64,000 nucleotides of DNA. It comes from Phoronis australis (lineage: Eukaryota > Animalia > Phoronida). The stretch's first letter is position 1. Every line of letters starts with the position of its first letter. A model generated the notes under the pieces. It was given only the letters and a program-made list of their open reading frames with translations, had not been told where the DNA came from and made no database searches. The DNA is taken from assembly GCA_002633005.1 (NCBI GenBank), contig NMRA01000019.1, positions 1,357,604-1,421,603 of the forward strand, in the 5' to 3' direction. Of this stretch, positions 1 to 13,300 are shown piece after piece. The translations under genes were made by a program, and so were the position numbers.

Positions 1-1240
1 GGGGCATCATGGTATATTGTCCATAAAAGTGATGAGTTCAGCATAATAAAAAGTTGTCTCCCAGTCCAGTTACGTAAGATTACCCTCTAATGATGGGCTC
101 AAGCTATATCAAGCACATCTATTTAGTAGTAGCCAAGCCGTATCAGGCCACCTGTTTTGGAACAGTGTTTGACGCCAAGAATTAATCACCACAGAGCAGT
201 ACACGTACTATGAATCTGGTCACATCAAAATACTGTAACTTCATTATTCGTGGGTCAATCTTTGAGCTTCAAAAACGAAATTTGAAGGCTTTCCATAATT
301 AAGAGAGATATGCATAAACTTTTAAACGCGGAAAAGCAAAAACAACCCAAAACACTATACAGTACAGCCAGGCAGCTGTGTGGTTTGTAACCCGAGTCAA
401 CAAACCAAACACACTCAGCATGCTACCCTCTCACTAACACTGGGGATAACTGAGCAAAATTGGTATGTGCGCACGCTAGCCTTGGGCAATGAAGAGGCTT
501 TGCATTTCCCTTTCTACGCCCAATGAAAGCTAAAGTTTAAAACAGGACATTTTGTGATTCTAGTATTTAAACACTGCAATAATCATGTTTCACTTTTGGA
601 TATTATGTGAATGAAACATAGTGAGAAAAATGACGTCTGATATGTTGTACTTTTCTTGTGTATTTTACAGAGAAAAAATTTGTTGCATTTAGTTTTCTGC
701 AGTTGAACGACAACAAAGCTGGCAGAAACATAAAAACGAAGAACAAGAACTTTTTCCAAATCCTGTAACTTGCCCAATAATCACAAAATACCAAAAAGAT
801 TTCATGTTATAAATGTGGACTTCAGTTTCTTTACTATGGACATGCAGTAGTATTCAGCAGTATTCAAAACACTAGTCATTCATGAAGAAGTGATTAAGAA
901 GAGCTGACGTCTGCTTCACAAAAGTTACATTTTACCTAAGACAGAAATTAAGCTTTACACTCTCACTTCACAATCGTTGAACAAAGTTTCAGTCACATAA
1001 TTATGAGTGCATCACAGTCTAGAAATAATTGATAGTCAGTAACTAGTAGTTATGTATATATTGTTAGATACTTTTGGGCTTTTGTGTGAGTGAGATTTAT
1101 TTGTTTTTCAGAAATAGTTGTGTGGAGCTTAACATGAACTTATTGGCTTAAGTCATTTCTCATGAAACAGGACCTTGAGAGAACCTGAAGACCATTTCTA
1201 TTGTTTTTTCAGAGGTCCACAACAAAAGCTCGCTACTTAC

Positions 1241-1358
1241 TGAGGTAGTTTCGTGTAGTCTGGCTTAGCGGTGTTGAAGAAAGATATCTGTGTTTTAATG
1301 CATGGCACAATGTGATATTGGGAATCTTCTTGACTCTGAGCTGTGTGCCAGTCATCAC
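1241..1358 (-). CDS. VPS13: VPS13 coding exon 19 (last one I could find in the window)
   Basis: DDWHTAQSQEDSQYHIVPCIKTQISFFNTAKPDYTKLP; 118 nt; GTAAGT donor. Confidence 0.9.
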
Positions 1359-4300
1359 CTGTAAAGAATAGAACAGAATATCATACATATCACTATCTGA
1401 GCATAAGTCTCCACAATCATGATATTGAATGTCACTGGCCACATGCAAAGAAATGAGAAACAGTCTGTCCTAAAATAAGGCACAGATTGATACTGCGAGT
1501 CCTCGTGGATTCAGGCAATGTGCCAATTAGTGCCTGCAACAGCAGTTTTACAAAATCAACTGATATGTAACTGATATGTTACACATGAATTAGTATGTTT
1601 CTTAAAATAGTTATTACCGAAAATATAATGTGTCGTAAGCTCAAAAAGCACCGAAAAGTATTAGATCAGGGAGCAACCCCATTTGAAAGGCATACTGCTG
1701 TCTGAATAATATCAATCATGGTATAATTATACGCCACACTGCTTCTCTCATCCAACACTGCTACCACTGTTACCATACTACATAACTGAGCCCAGATATC
1801 ACACAAGTCCAAAGCACCAACCAGTTAAGAAACGTGTTAGATTTGTCTTGTGACTAGAACACCAAGTCAACTATATGCAGTAAATTATCACGAGTTTCTC
1901 ACCAGAGTCCGCCAGCAGTACTTTGACATCGGTGACATCAATCACAAACTTATCATACAGCCGTGCTTCAATCTCAGACCGAGTCAGATCCTGCAGTGAC
2001 ACAACATGTAAGTTATAACACATTTAATGTGGCTAGAACTGGCCTTTTACCACAAAAATTATCTTTCGTGATTTAGACCACTCACCATTAAATGTAATTA
2101 TAAAATTGGTCTCACACAGTACCTTAGTCAAATAGAAGGCGACAGTTCACAATTATTATAACAAACTGTTTCCTCCATGCAATAGCCCAAGACCAGGCTC
2201 TTAAAGTTAGGCTGTCATGGGCATATTCCATGTGCACAGTATGGCGTTAAGGAATAACAAACTACCAGTTCTTTGAAAACTTAGAAATCACTTCTTATGT
2301 GTAATTATATAGATGCTGATGTTGGCCAATCAATAAACACAGAAAAATCAGGAACCCAATTGGGAATCGAACCACAGGTATCCAGATTGTCAGTCTAGTG
2401 CTCTTACCACTGAGCTACTGAGGACCCGACATCTGTGCAATTACTGTTTGCAGCCAACTATTATGTCATCCATCCCATGAGAGGCATTCCGCACTTCTTA
2501 TGCGAGTAAGGAACAACTTGAGATGTTCCTTTTTTGCACGAAACGCGTTTATAGCCACTTTCATTATGATGGACTATATTGTGTTTGTATTAACAGCATC
2601 TTCTGCCATTAGCTCTCACTAATTCTAGCGCAAAGGCCAAATAGCAGTGACAACATTGCCAATGGTGGGAAAGAAAAGGCAAACTAGCCCTGCATCACGA
2701 ATACTTGTCCAATCTTCCTAAAGTATCGTGCCGACATTGTGACCAAATATATGCAGTGCAACAAAAATTTGCAGGCTTTGAAATAACTGGCAATGAAAGA
2801 TTAAACTGCACCACAAACCTCGAGTGAATCAATCTTTGGCTGCAGCTCACTCCTGACTTTAAGGTGACCAAAATCAACAACTACAACGTTCCCTCCCCTT
2901 TGCAAAGTCCCGTGCTCTGGCACCACCACATATGGAGACATGAGGTCGACTGACAGATCTATTGTCTGGAATATGCATAGCAGAGCCACAGTTTAACAAC
3001 TGTAGAAGAAATTTCTTACCAAGAGTATACTAGAAAGCTTCTTTACCTGGAAATTTGCGTCTTCTCAGACTTAACAAAATAAAGTACCTTTAATCAAAAG
3101 AACCGGATCACCTTATTAAAAAGTTGCAGTCAAAACGTACTTTTAACATTGTCAATCTATGAATCCATATATTTTACAAACCATTGAAAATCACGGAACA
3201 GGAAGTGAAAAATACATGGTTTCACAACTTGGCAGTTAGGATTAAAAACGGAAGCTCCAGGCATAGCAAACAACTAAGAAACTTATGATAAGCATACTCC
3301 TTAGTACAATGCATTATAGTATCCAATCTTGCAGCTCTTGAACATTAGCTCCCAGGTATGATAAAATATACAAATACGTCATATATTGTCAGGGCCTACA
3401 CTAATACCTTGTGTGTCTGTACAGCATACTGCAGTCCTGCTAAGCTGTACTTGGACACTCGCTCCCAGGCATAACTTGCAGCAGCCTTTACTTCATCCAT
3501 GTTTAGGTTAGGAATGTGGAAGAAGGATATGACTTGTGACACCGCATGCTGAAATTATAAACAGTTACTAGATTCCTGTTGAAGCAAATCAAGTGTATAT
3601 GCGTGGGTGAGGTGTACACTGTTTCTCCCTTATTTTTTGTTTTACACTATGATCTGATGCCCCTCATTTCAAATATCTCTCATTATGTTTCAACTCCAGC
3701 TGACAGCTGTTTCCAAATCCAGACATTAATCTAGTCCATTGCTGAGTGTTCACATAGTCTTTTATCCCACATCATGATTTGCACACCAATTATCTACGAC
3801 AATAAATACACTTAATTGTGAACACTTCCGCCCTGATTGAAATTTTGGTCTACTACGCCATTGGTATGTTTTTTGGCCAAGACACATTGTATTCCATTGG
3901 GAAAAATGATCCCAAATCTAAATTTTAACTAGAAAAAATCAATTTCAGAAGTCAACAATTGAATTTATTTCAGCCAGTGTTTTACTAACATGTCATTGCT
4001 ATTGGGGTAATTGCCCTAAGCCGCACAAATGGAAGTTTGATCATTGCTTGTGGTGTCATGTATTCTTCAGTTCAGCTGCCATTAATAGATGGAGCTGTAA
4101 GTTGGTATATAACAAGTGTGAGCCACGTCCTGGGCGCGGTTTTTGAGGCAACAGCCAGAGGAGGTGGTTTGGACATCGGACTGTTTTATCTGCAACTCTC
4201 CATGGAGCTAGTGTAACCTATTTAGGTCATGTTATTGGACAGGGTAAGGTTGCCCCAGTAGATCCCATGGTTCAGGCCGTTTTGTCATTTCCAGTTCCCA

Positions 4301-7300
4301 CTGATAGCAGGGCTTTACGTCATTTCTTGGGAATGATTGGGCATTATCGCAAGTTCTGTAAGAATTTTGCCGACGTCTCTTTCCCACTCATAAATTTGTT
4401 GAAAAATGTCAAATTTGATTGGACTGAGCCTTGTCAATATGTGTTTGAGGAGTTAAAGGCCATGTTATGTATTCCTGTGCTCCAGTCGCCTGTTTTTAGA
4501 AGACCGTTCTCCAAGCTGCAGGTGCTGTATTATTGCAACACAGTAATGAAGACTCTGTTGAGGATCCTGTGGCATACTTCTCCAAGAAGTTCAGTAAACA
4601 CCAAAGAAACTACTCGACAATAGAGAAAGAGCTACTGGCTTTGGTATTGGCCATAGAGCATTCTGAGGTGTACTTATGCACCAGTCAAAAGCCATTGACA
4701 GTGTATACAGATCATAATCTGTTAGTATTCTTGAGTAAAATGAAAAATAAAAACCGGGTCTGTTAAATTGGAGCTTAACGCTACAGGAACATGATTAGGA
4801 GATAAAGGAAAATGTAATTGCAGACTGTCTTACACGATGTTAGAAGGAATCTGTGAAAGTAACATGTCGTGTTAGAGCGTATGAAGTTGCTAGTTTTGTC
4901 GATTGTACTTAAAATTTGTCTAGATCAAAATTTTCTTACTTGGTGGGAAGTGTCATGTATTCTTTAGTTCAGCTGCTATCAATAGGTGGAGCTGTAAGTT
5001 GGGTGTATAACCAGTGTGAGCCACATGCTGGACGCAGTTTAAGAGGCAACAGCCAGAGGAGGTGGTTTGGACAGCGGACTGTTTTACCTGAAACTCTCCA
5101 TGCAGCTTTCGCCCACCAGCTTTCGTCAACAACGCTATGGAGGTTTCTGTATATGATTATCCATAAAACCCGAGCCCCGCCCGCCACGTTGTGTTATCGT
5201 CACGACTCTGAACTCACTCAATTCTTCACCCACTGGCTTGTAATGTTGTTTTTGTAGTTGATTAGATTATACTTTATTGTTACTTTGTTACTTGTTTGAA
5301 AACTCCTTGTTTCTACTGCACTGTGGTACGTAACAGTGGTAAGAAGAATTGTAGCTGAATTTCTAGCTATGCATATTTTGATGTTGCAATAGAGTACAGT
5401 ACGCGCCAACAAGAGGCATAACGCATTATGTAATTGGTGGAAATATCACCATCCATGAAGAAGTTATATAGTTTTGCTTTACAAAAATTCCCACCTCATC
5501 ATACACTATCTCTACACGCTGAACACCCAAGTCCAGGGCAAAGTCTGCCTCCACATGAACTGGGTTGACATCAAAGGTCATCCGCAAGAGGGCGCTGTCT
5601 TGATCTGGGGCTGTAAACAACAAGACACAGTAAACACACTTCATCATTAAGTAACACTGTTATCATCTGCAACCAACAATCTTGAATTGAAACGAGCTAA
5701 TGTGATTAAATAGAGATTTAAACATTAAACAACTTCTTTAAATGACTTACTTTTTAGGCCAGAATTTCAGCGTCAGGCTTCAAAAGCGGGCCGTATATTA
5801 ACATATTTTGCCCCGCTCTTTATGCCATCTAGGGGGCCCACTTATGAGTCCCGAAACTGAAATTTTGCTAATGTCATTTCAATGAAAATAAGTGTTTTAA
5901 ATAATACGCATTAGCTGTAAGCTCATAATAGGGTTCTTTTCATAAAAAATGTACAGAGCATAATTTCACTATTCCAGAAAATTTAACGCAATTGCAAACT
6001 GAAAAAGCAATATGGCAAGTATACTAAATTATAATATACATGGCTGTATATTAAAAATGTTCCCACTTTTTTGAAAAAAAATTCTTTTTTACACTTTTTA
6101 TACCCACCTTTTGTACCTCACATTTGAAGTACCCAATTTAGTACATGTCTTTCGCAGACACCTGGATAATCATTACTACACAAAAAACACTGTAACACTT
6201 AGTATTATGTACTCATAGCTAGAAAGGCTCCGAACATCACCTACCATAAGATCCAATGTCAGAGGTAATAATGGAAACCATTTCATGATCAGCGGAGGCA
6301 CCCTCTATGCTCAGACTGTGAGCTTTACCCGTCACTCTGTAATTATTATTAACACTCGTAAGATTTGATTCAACATATTAGATACTGACACAATCGAAGA
6401 AGTGAGTTCAAAAGAAATAAATTAATAATGAACACAAATTAACTACTTTGGAGTGAAAAGTCATACAATCAATTGACTCAAATTATCTCAAAACCTTTGA
6501 CTTAAGAAGTAGTTCCTGGAATATTAAAGACAATGTGTAAAACTTTCAAATTTCATCCAAATTACCTAGGAGTTATATTCACAAGAAACAATACAAACAA
6601 CAAGATATAAAAACACACAATGAAATGAGTGATAAATTCAAACAACCAAATGATACAATATAAAACCATTAACAGCAATCAATCTTAAAATCTCACACCA
6701 AGTTCAAAAAACAACCACCAAAATGCCATCCAGTTTAAAAGTAAAAACGATGTCCATCAGTGTGGTTTGTCATGTTAGTTTTGGTATCTATAAACAAAAG
6801 CCAGGGAGGATAGAACACAAAGCATTACTACAGGTCAAGCTAGTGAGTTAGGGTTGAGGGAACCTTGGCTGCAGTGTGTAGGGGTTATAGGATGAAGCAT
6901 TATGTTAGTATTAGACGAAAATGAGGTTTAAAATCATTAAATAATTAAAATTCAATAGTAGGAGCACATAATCTGAAACCATAGCCTACTAAGAGCTGTT
7001 ACAAAAGAATCTGCATGAGAGGGGAACTTGAAATAGAAAACTGTGGGTGGTTGTACAAAACAACACTAGTTCGTATAAAAAACAATTGTTACCCACAGTT
7101 TTTTTATCCACAAATTTCTTGCAATAGGTATTACCCGTAAGCTGTTCCTTGCCAAGAAGTATGTGTACATCAAACTAAATTTTCCTGAATTATCAAAGAT
7201 GAATTGATGCTGTGCTACAACACAACAGGTGGTAACTCTGAATGATCCATAATGGTTCAGATCTAAATAGCGCAAATCACACGTGTGTTTAGATTCACGA

Positions 7301-10300
7301 TCAGCATCTTGTGTTTGGAGACTGGAGAACAGAGATGGCTGTTTGTGAAATATTTTTATGAAAACTAGAATAATAGAGTAACTAGATCACTCTGTATCAA
7401 CAGTGCAAGCAGCATATCCCTTCAAAAAACTATACCACAACTATATCATAAAACTTTATATACCCTACAGCTATTGGTTGGGTGTTTTCGTTCTCTGGAA
7501 TTTGATGATAGAATTTGCTGTCTTTGTCACACTGGTCAGGTTAAAACTGAACAACATTTTCTGTTTGAGTGTACGTTTTTAATAGATGCCAGAAATACCT
7601 TTTACTCTGAAGTTAAGATTGAATATCCACGATTTCATGCAGAAAGCTGAGAAAGTAAATTGATTACAATTATGCAAAAAGATGTTATCAGGAAAACTGA
7701 ATTCTTCATCAAAAATATTTTTGAGGCACGGAAAATTTTCATTTATATATGATCCCTCTTATCACTGTGTTCTCTGTTTGGTCCCCTTTCAATGCCTGTA
7801 CACTTGTTTTTCATTCACCTAAAGTGACTTATAAGCCCCGTGGTGTTCCTGTTTTGTTAGTACGTATTTATTGTTTTAAATCATCTGTACGAACACATGT
7901 CACTATAATAAAAAATCGCTTACTTGCTTACTTACTTATCAAGGTGAGTGAGTGAACCCATTGAGGCTGGGGAGGAGGGGTGAATATTCTGTATTTGAGA
8001 TTATGTACTTGTTATATATAAATAATAATATAGCACTGGATTGAATACAAAAGCTCAAATTTTGGTTGGCAGGACCAGTTTGTAGAATCTAAGCAAATTC
8101 AAGTCAATCATTTAGATGTCCAAACAAATTTAAAAAAATGATAGGTAGTAGTATTCCAAAGTAATAAAAAATAATGGAAATTATGGATGGTGGGTTAAGA
8201 TACAACAAAAATGCAAGTGACACAAGAAATGATGCCTAATGCTCCTCCCATACAGAAGAAATGATGCCCAATGCCCCTCCCATACAGATTTCATAGGAAC
8301 AGCTCTTATGTTTTCCTGAAACATAATTACATTACAAGCAGTACTTTAAGGTCAACACAATGTTTTCCAAAACTAATACTCATGATGATGGCCAAATTTT
8401 AATCACGGAATAAAAACTTTGAGACTAATAATCTGATATCTAGATGATTAATCTTGTTTTAAGTGACTGAGTATGGCACTCAGTACACAATATTTTTGAC
8501 AATGATGCTCATACAATATGACGTATACTCCTACATTCAACATCATATACACATACAGGGTAAGCCAAAACTGTACACTTTCATCTTTAATACGCATAAC
8601 ACCAGACTCTGGGACCGGTGGCCAAACTCACAGCATCTACTTCGACCTTTTAGTGTAAACAAAGACACTGTGTGGCGTGTCATTGGTCAAAGGAATAATT
8701 GGATTTTATTGGTCGACGTCATAAACTATTAAATTGTGCTCAGGAGAAGTGACAAAATACTCAGTATTAAACAAAAATCTCCATTTTTCTGTGACATGTT
8801 TTTAAAAGTATTCAAACATAAAAACTAAAGTAGGCAATCAGAATGGGTTCACTAAGTGCAACAGTGCATTTCCAAAAGGGTAACTATGAATGCTTCTTAC
8901 CATTTGATATTACCCGTACAACAGACAATTGCCATAGTGCTGTTGACTTTAATGATTGGTTTCTTTGGGATTATCGAACACCCATACTTCGTAAGTGTCA
9001 TGTGATAACTGCTGCTCATTGATGGCAAAATTTTTTCCACACATTTTAGACATTGCAGACCATAAAAACTAAATCTGTCATTGAAAATTGAAATGTGTTT
9101 CATCGTATGAACATCAAAAATCGATAAACCAAAACGGAAGAAAAGAGAAATGCACGTTGCAGCTGCTGTTCCTTTGTTGATATAACTCAACCTTCATTCT
9201 GAAACCTGCTTGAGCAACACAAGGGGGCGCCTTGAATTGTAAGCATACACCACTACTCATCAAAGTAATCTAAATACCCCCAAATTTGACAGGGGGGGGG
9301 GGGNGGGGGGGGGGGGGGGGGGGGCACCATGAAGTTTTGGCCCACCCAGTACATGTAATATTTGCCAGTCAGCCTTCATAAAGACTGATTTTACTGTTTT
9401 CTTTGAAACCAGTCCAGAAACTAGTTTTGGAAACACATTTTGAGGATAAAAATTCTTGTTTCACATGAATGCCTGTATTAATGGAAAAAGAAAACAATTG
9501 ATATTCTGATGTCAACAACATATATTGCAATTCTAACAATAAGAAATGAGTACTAGGAATAGAGCTAGCAAGCTGCAAGCCTAGCCACAGACTACAATGG
9601 AGAGAACACAGAGAGACCAGTGATTAACCTGTTAATTGAATGTTGTAAGCAGACTGTCACCCTGTAGGGAACAAAAGGGAGAGGGTGAAACAAAATAGAT
9701 TAGAATCTACCAACTACTTCATGTGACCTTTGGAAGTGTAATCTGCAGGATTCATTCATTCCACTCGCAATACAGCAAAATATTTATAATCATCACCTGT
9801 AACCACCAATCTACCTAGATTTGCCATACTCGTGTAAATTTTCATGATATACAATAGGATTGGTCAATTTTCAAGTAGAGTTTGGAGGTCACAGAGCAAG
9901 TACCAACATGCTCGTTATCAAGCATCTTAAAATTTGGGCAATTCAACTTCGATTATTTTCCCCACCAGACTTAAACCTTCTACAGTAAACTCTGAGGATA
10001 TATGAGAAGCCAGTGGTACCTTGCTGAAAAAAAATCTAGAAACAACAGGTACTGTATGAATGAGTTCAGGTCAAGGAAGAAATATCTGATGGTGAACAAG
10101 ACGCGAGCAAGTTAAAAAGCTCAGCTCAGCGTGAACTGAGCTTAGTGAGCTGCTATCTTAGGTTTTGAATACAATCTGCTGGTTACTTTCAAGAATCAGA
10201 CCTCCATTTGACTAGTGTCCAATGTGAACCAACTTTTTGAGTGAAAAGCAATCTGTTGGGGAGTGTAAAACCAAACTTACTGCGTTAACACTGAAATCAA

Positions 10301-13300
10301 AACAGTCAAAAAGTAAGAAATCAAGACAAATTTCTATTAAGTCAGTTTTGCAAATGTGCTCACAAGGTTTCAAAGTGAGAAATGCATAAAAAATGGCAGT
10401 TTTATGGTTCAGGGTGAGTTCAAAACAAAACAAATGCTGACAAGCTGATCCCGTTTCGTTCTGCAGGTATTAGTGTTTACAATAACAGCTGCAGTGTTGG
10501 GTGAACAGTTACCATTATTATAAACATGCTGTTAGTTGCATTATTATATGAATGTAAAAGCAGTCAAAACAGGTCTGACAGGCAAAAAGATCATGTTAAA
10601 CCATATTATCAAGCAGGGTCAGAGGTTATTGAAAAAAAAACATCTCAAGCCGTACACACTGGATACACCAGCATATGGGATGACAAACACGACTGAATGC
10701 TCATAAACTAATTCAGGGACCAGTTGGCAACCCTCTTGAAGGTTTTGTCTAAGAAGCTAAATCCAGAGGTTGTGCTAGCAACTGGAGGGACTTTCCATGC
10801 ATCATCTGGAGTGGACATTTTGCTCTCTGAGGTATCGACTCCAGTGAGTATCTTTACTTTGTAGCATCATTGGAAGTCTTCGGTGGGTAAACAAAGGGGG
10901 TGGCGACAAGGGGTCAGAAAAAATAGTATTGTCTTGATTTTGCTCCTTACTGTGGAAGAGGGCAACCTGGACATACATCCAACAAAAGATCCAAAAAGTC
11001 CAGCTGCTTACAACTTTTCATTAAGCAGAAAAACACTCATTATTTGCAGTCTCTTGCTCTTATCCGAGCCCTTTTGTAGTCAACAGACAGTGATGAATCA
11101 TGCGTTCACAGGGAAAATAATGCAAGTTTCTAGTGTGAACAATTTGCCAGGCCACAATTCCAGTACACACTTTCTTTCCAAACAACACAAAAAGGGGGAA
11201 GCCCAGGGACACTCACCTATACTTTTGTCGGCGAGTGCAGCTAGAAAATTAGGACACCCACCCATTAAAGGGACCCATTTGCAGGACACTTCAATCAAAA
11301 CAACACCCTTTCCCGGGGTTTTGTTCCAGATCAACTTTTTAGAGGTCAAAAACACAAACGCGACCCTCGTGTAGTGGATTCTTAGATGGCTGAATTAAGA
11401 TTGAACAAATCCCATGTTGTCAAAAATGGAAACACACTTTATAACTTCAGAATAAAGATAGTACAAAAAACCATTCTGCAGATTTGCAAAGTTGGAAAAA
11501 GATCCTTTGAAGAATCCCTTATTCCCAAAGTGAACCCTTAAGTAGGGACTTTTATCATAAAAGGCACTCTTTTGAAGGAAAACTGGTTGTGAAAAAGTCA
11601 CATTACTTTGTGAGTGGCACATTGGATAATACTTCTAATTCTTTGGCAGTAGCCCCACGAATAAAAAAGCCCACTTAGGTGTCTCACATAAAAGCGAAGC
11701 TGCATTTCTGAACCTATACAATCCCCCATCTACTACCAGAGTGAAACAGTCAGTTTGTGTAATCAAACTGGTAAGCTCGTGTTAAACCCCAGACAAAATT
11801 TGGTTTCACAGCGTATGTAACATCTCAGAAATGGCTGATGGGATTTGTATAACACTTCCACATACTATTTTTATGCACTGTTCTTCAAAATGGAGTTAGT
11901 TTGTCGTTTTTGAAATGTTCCATTTGCACGAGGGATTACGAAAACAGCAAAAAACTCAAAAGTTGCAAAAACTAAATATTTTAGAAATCTGTAACAGCAT
12001 ATTTTGAGATATTAGCTTGAACATTCGAATAAAATTTGGCTGTGTTATTGATACCATTGTTTCGCTATATGTGCTTTCTGTTTTGGCAAAATTTTACGTG
12101 ACCCGATTGATGACACACTGGTATAATATCAAAAATTAGTCTATACTAGGCTTTCTGCTTTCAGAAAATGTATACATACAATTTCAACACTTTTGTAAAA
12201 ATTTGGCTAAATTCAGACGCGGTGCCCATGTATCACATACCTTAAAACTGTAATGACCAGAACATAATGATCCACTTGATATGGCAAGTAAATAAACAAG
12301 AATGACTTTTAATTACCACAATTGCCCATTCACTACACCCAAGAGGGAGCAGTGCTTTTGTCATGGAATCACCTACAGCGCAATAAGAGCCATCTACCCC
12401 ACATGACCACTTCAAGGACACCTCCCACTTATAGTATCTAGACAGTGATATTTAGAGTTGACTATGTCTGTGTGTGTACCTGAAGCCATCAGAACCTGGC
12501 CTGTTCTCAAACGTGGACTGAAGACTGGCCACAGAAGCTCTCAGTACGTTCTCGCTAAAGTTGGAGAGAGTCAGGGAGACTTCCGACAGCTCCAGTTGGA
12601 CAGCATGCTCCACATACTGAGAAATATCAAGACTTGGTGTGAACTCATAAATCTGTATAATCAGTCTCCAACGAAAAGTAAATACAGGGTGCTTCAGAAG
12701 AAATGGACCGAATCTTAAAGCAGTTCAGTAAGTTCTTACAGTATATGCTAATTTCACATTAAGTTTCAAACGATTAGTGAACACAAGACTGTCACAAGTA
12801 ACACAGCATTGGACTGGGTTTTGAATGAGCAGCAGTACCTCCTGTTCATTATGTGCAACAGCACCCTCTGGATGCTGTACTGATACTATCAATATGGTAG
12901 TTCACAGCTGTGTGGGTATAGAGCACTGTGAAATAGGTCCACCTTTTTGAGTCACACCGCATTACAGTTTAAACAAATTACATACAATATACCAAAGGAT
13001 ATACATGACAAGCTGCTCAGGGGTTTGCGAATGACCATTATTTAGAATTTTGCTTAAGTAAAATAAATCAAGAACTATATAATTCACTGCCGGCTCTCAG
13101 AGCACTCAATTATTGTTAGAGGACTAACACTATGGAACTTCAGGTTATAGAGTATTTAGTTCAGCAGCTGATTAATATCTTGTGAAACCAATTACTGTCA
13201 ACTTTCTGAGACAACAATCCACCAGTTAACAGATGAACATTTAGTCATTTCAACTCACAGCAGGTGGTCGGTTGCTAACAACACCGTCCTCTGTATATCC

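Noticed and set aside
2351-2424. Functional tRNA-Val(GAC)
   Set aside because: Acceptor and T stems are broken and GAC is not the usual eukaryotic Val anticodon; better read as a SINE head or pseudogene.
9292-9324. Poly-G runs (also 35685-35704) as G-quadruplex elements
   Set aside because: They contain or adjoin Ns and sit in repeat-like context, so their length is unreliable.
10883-11374. 163-aa plus-strand ORF nested in the VPS13 intron
   Set aside because: GTG start, no recognisable homology, and the 3' half overlaps a MITE-like repeat.
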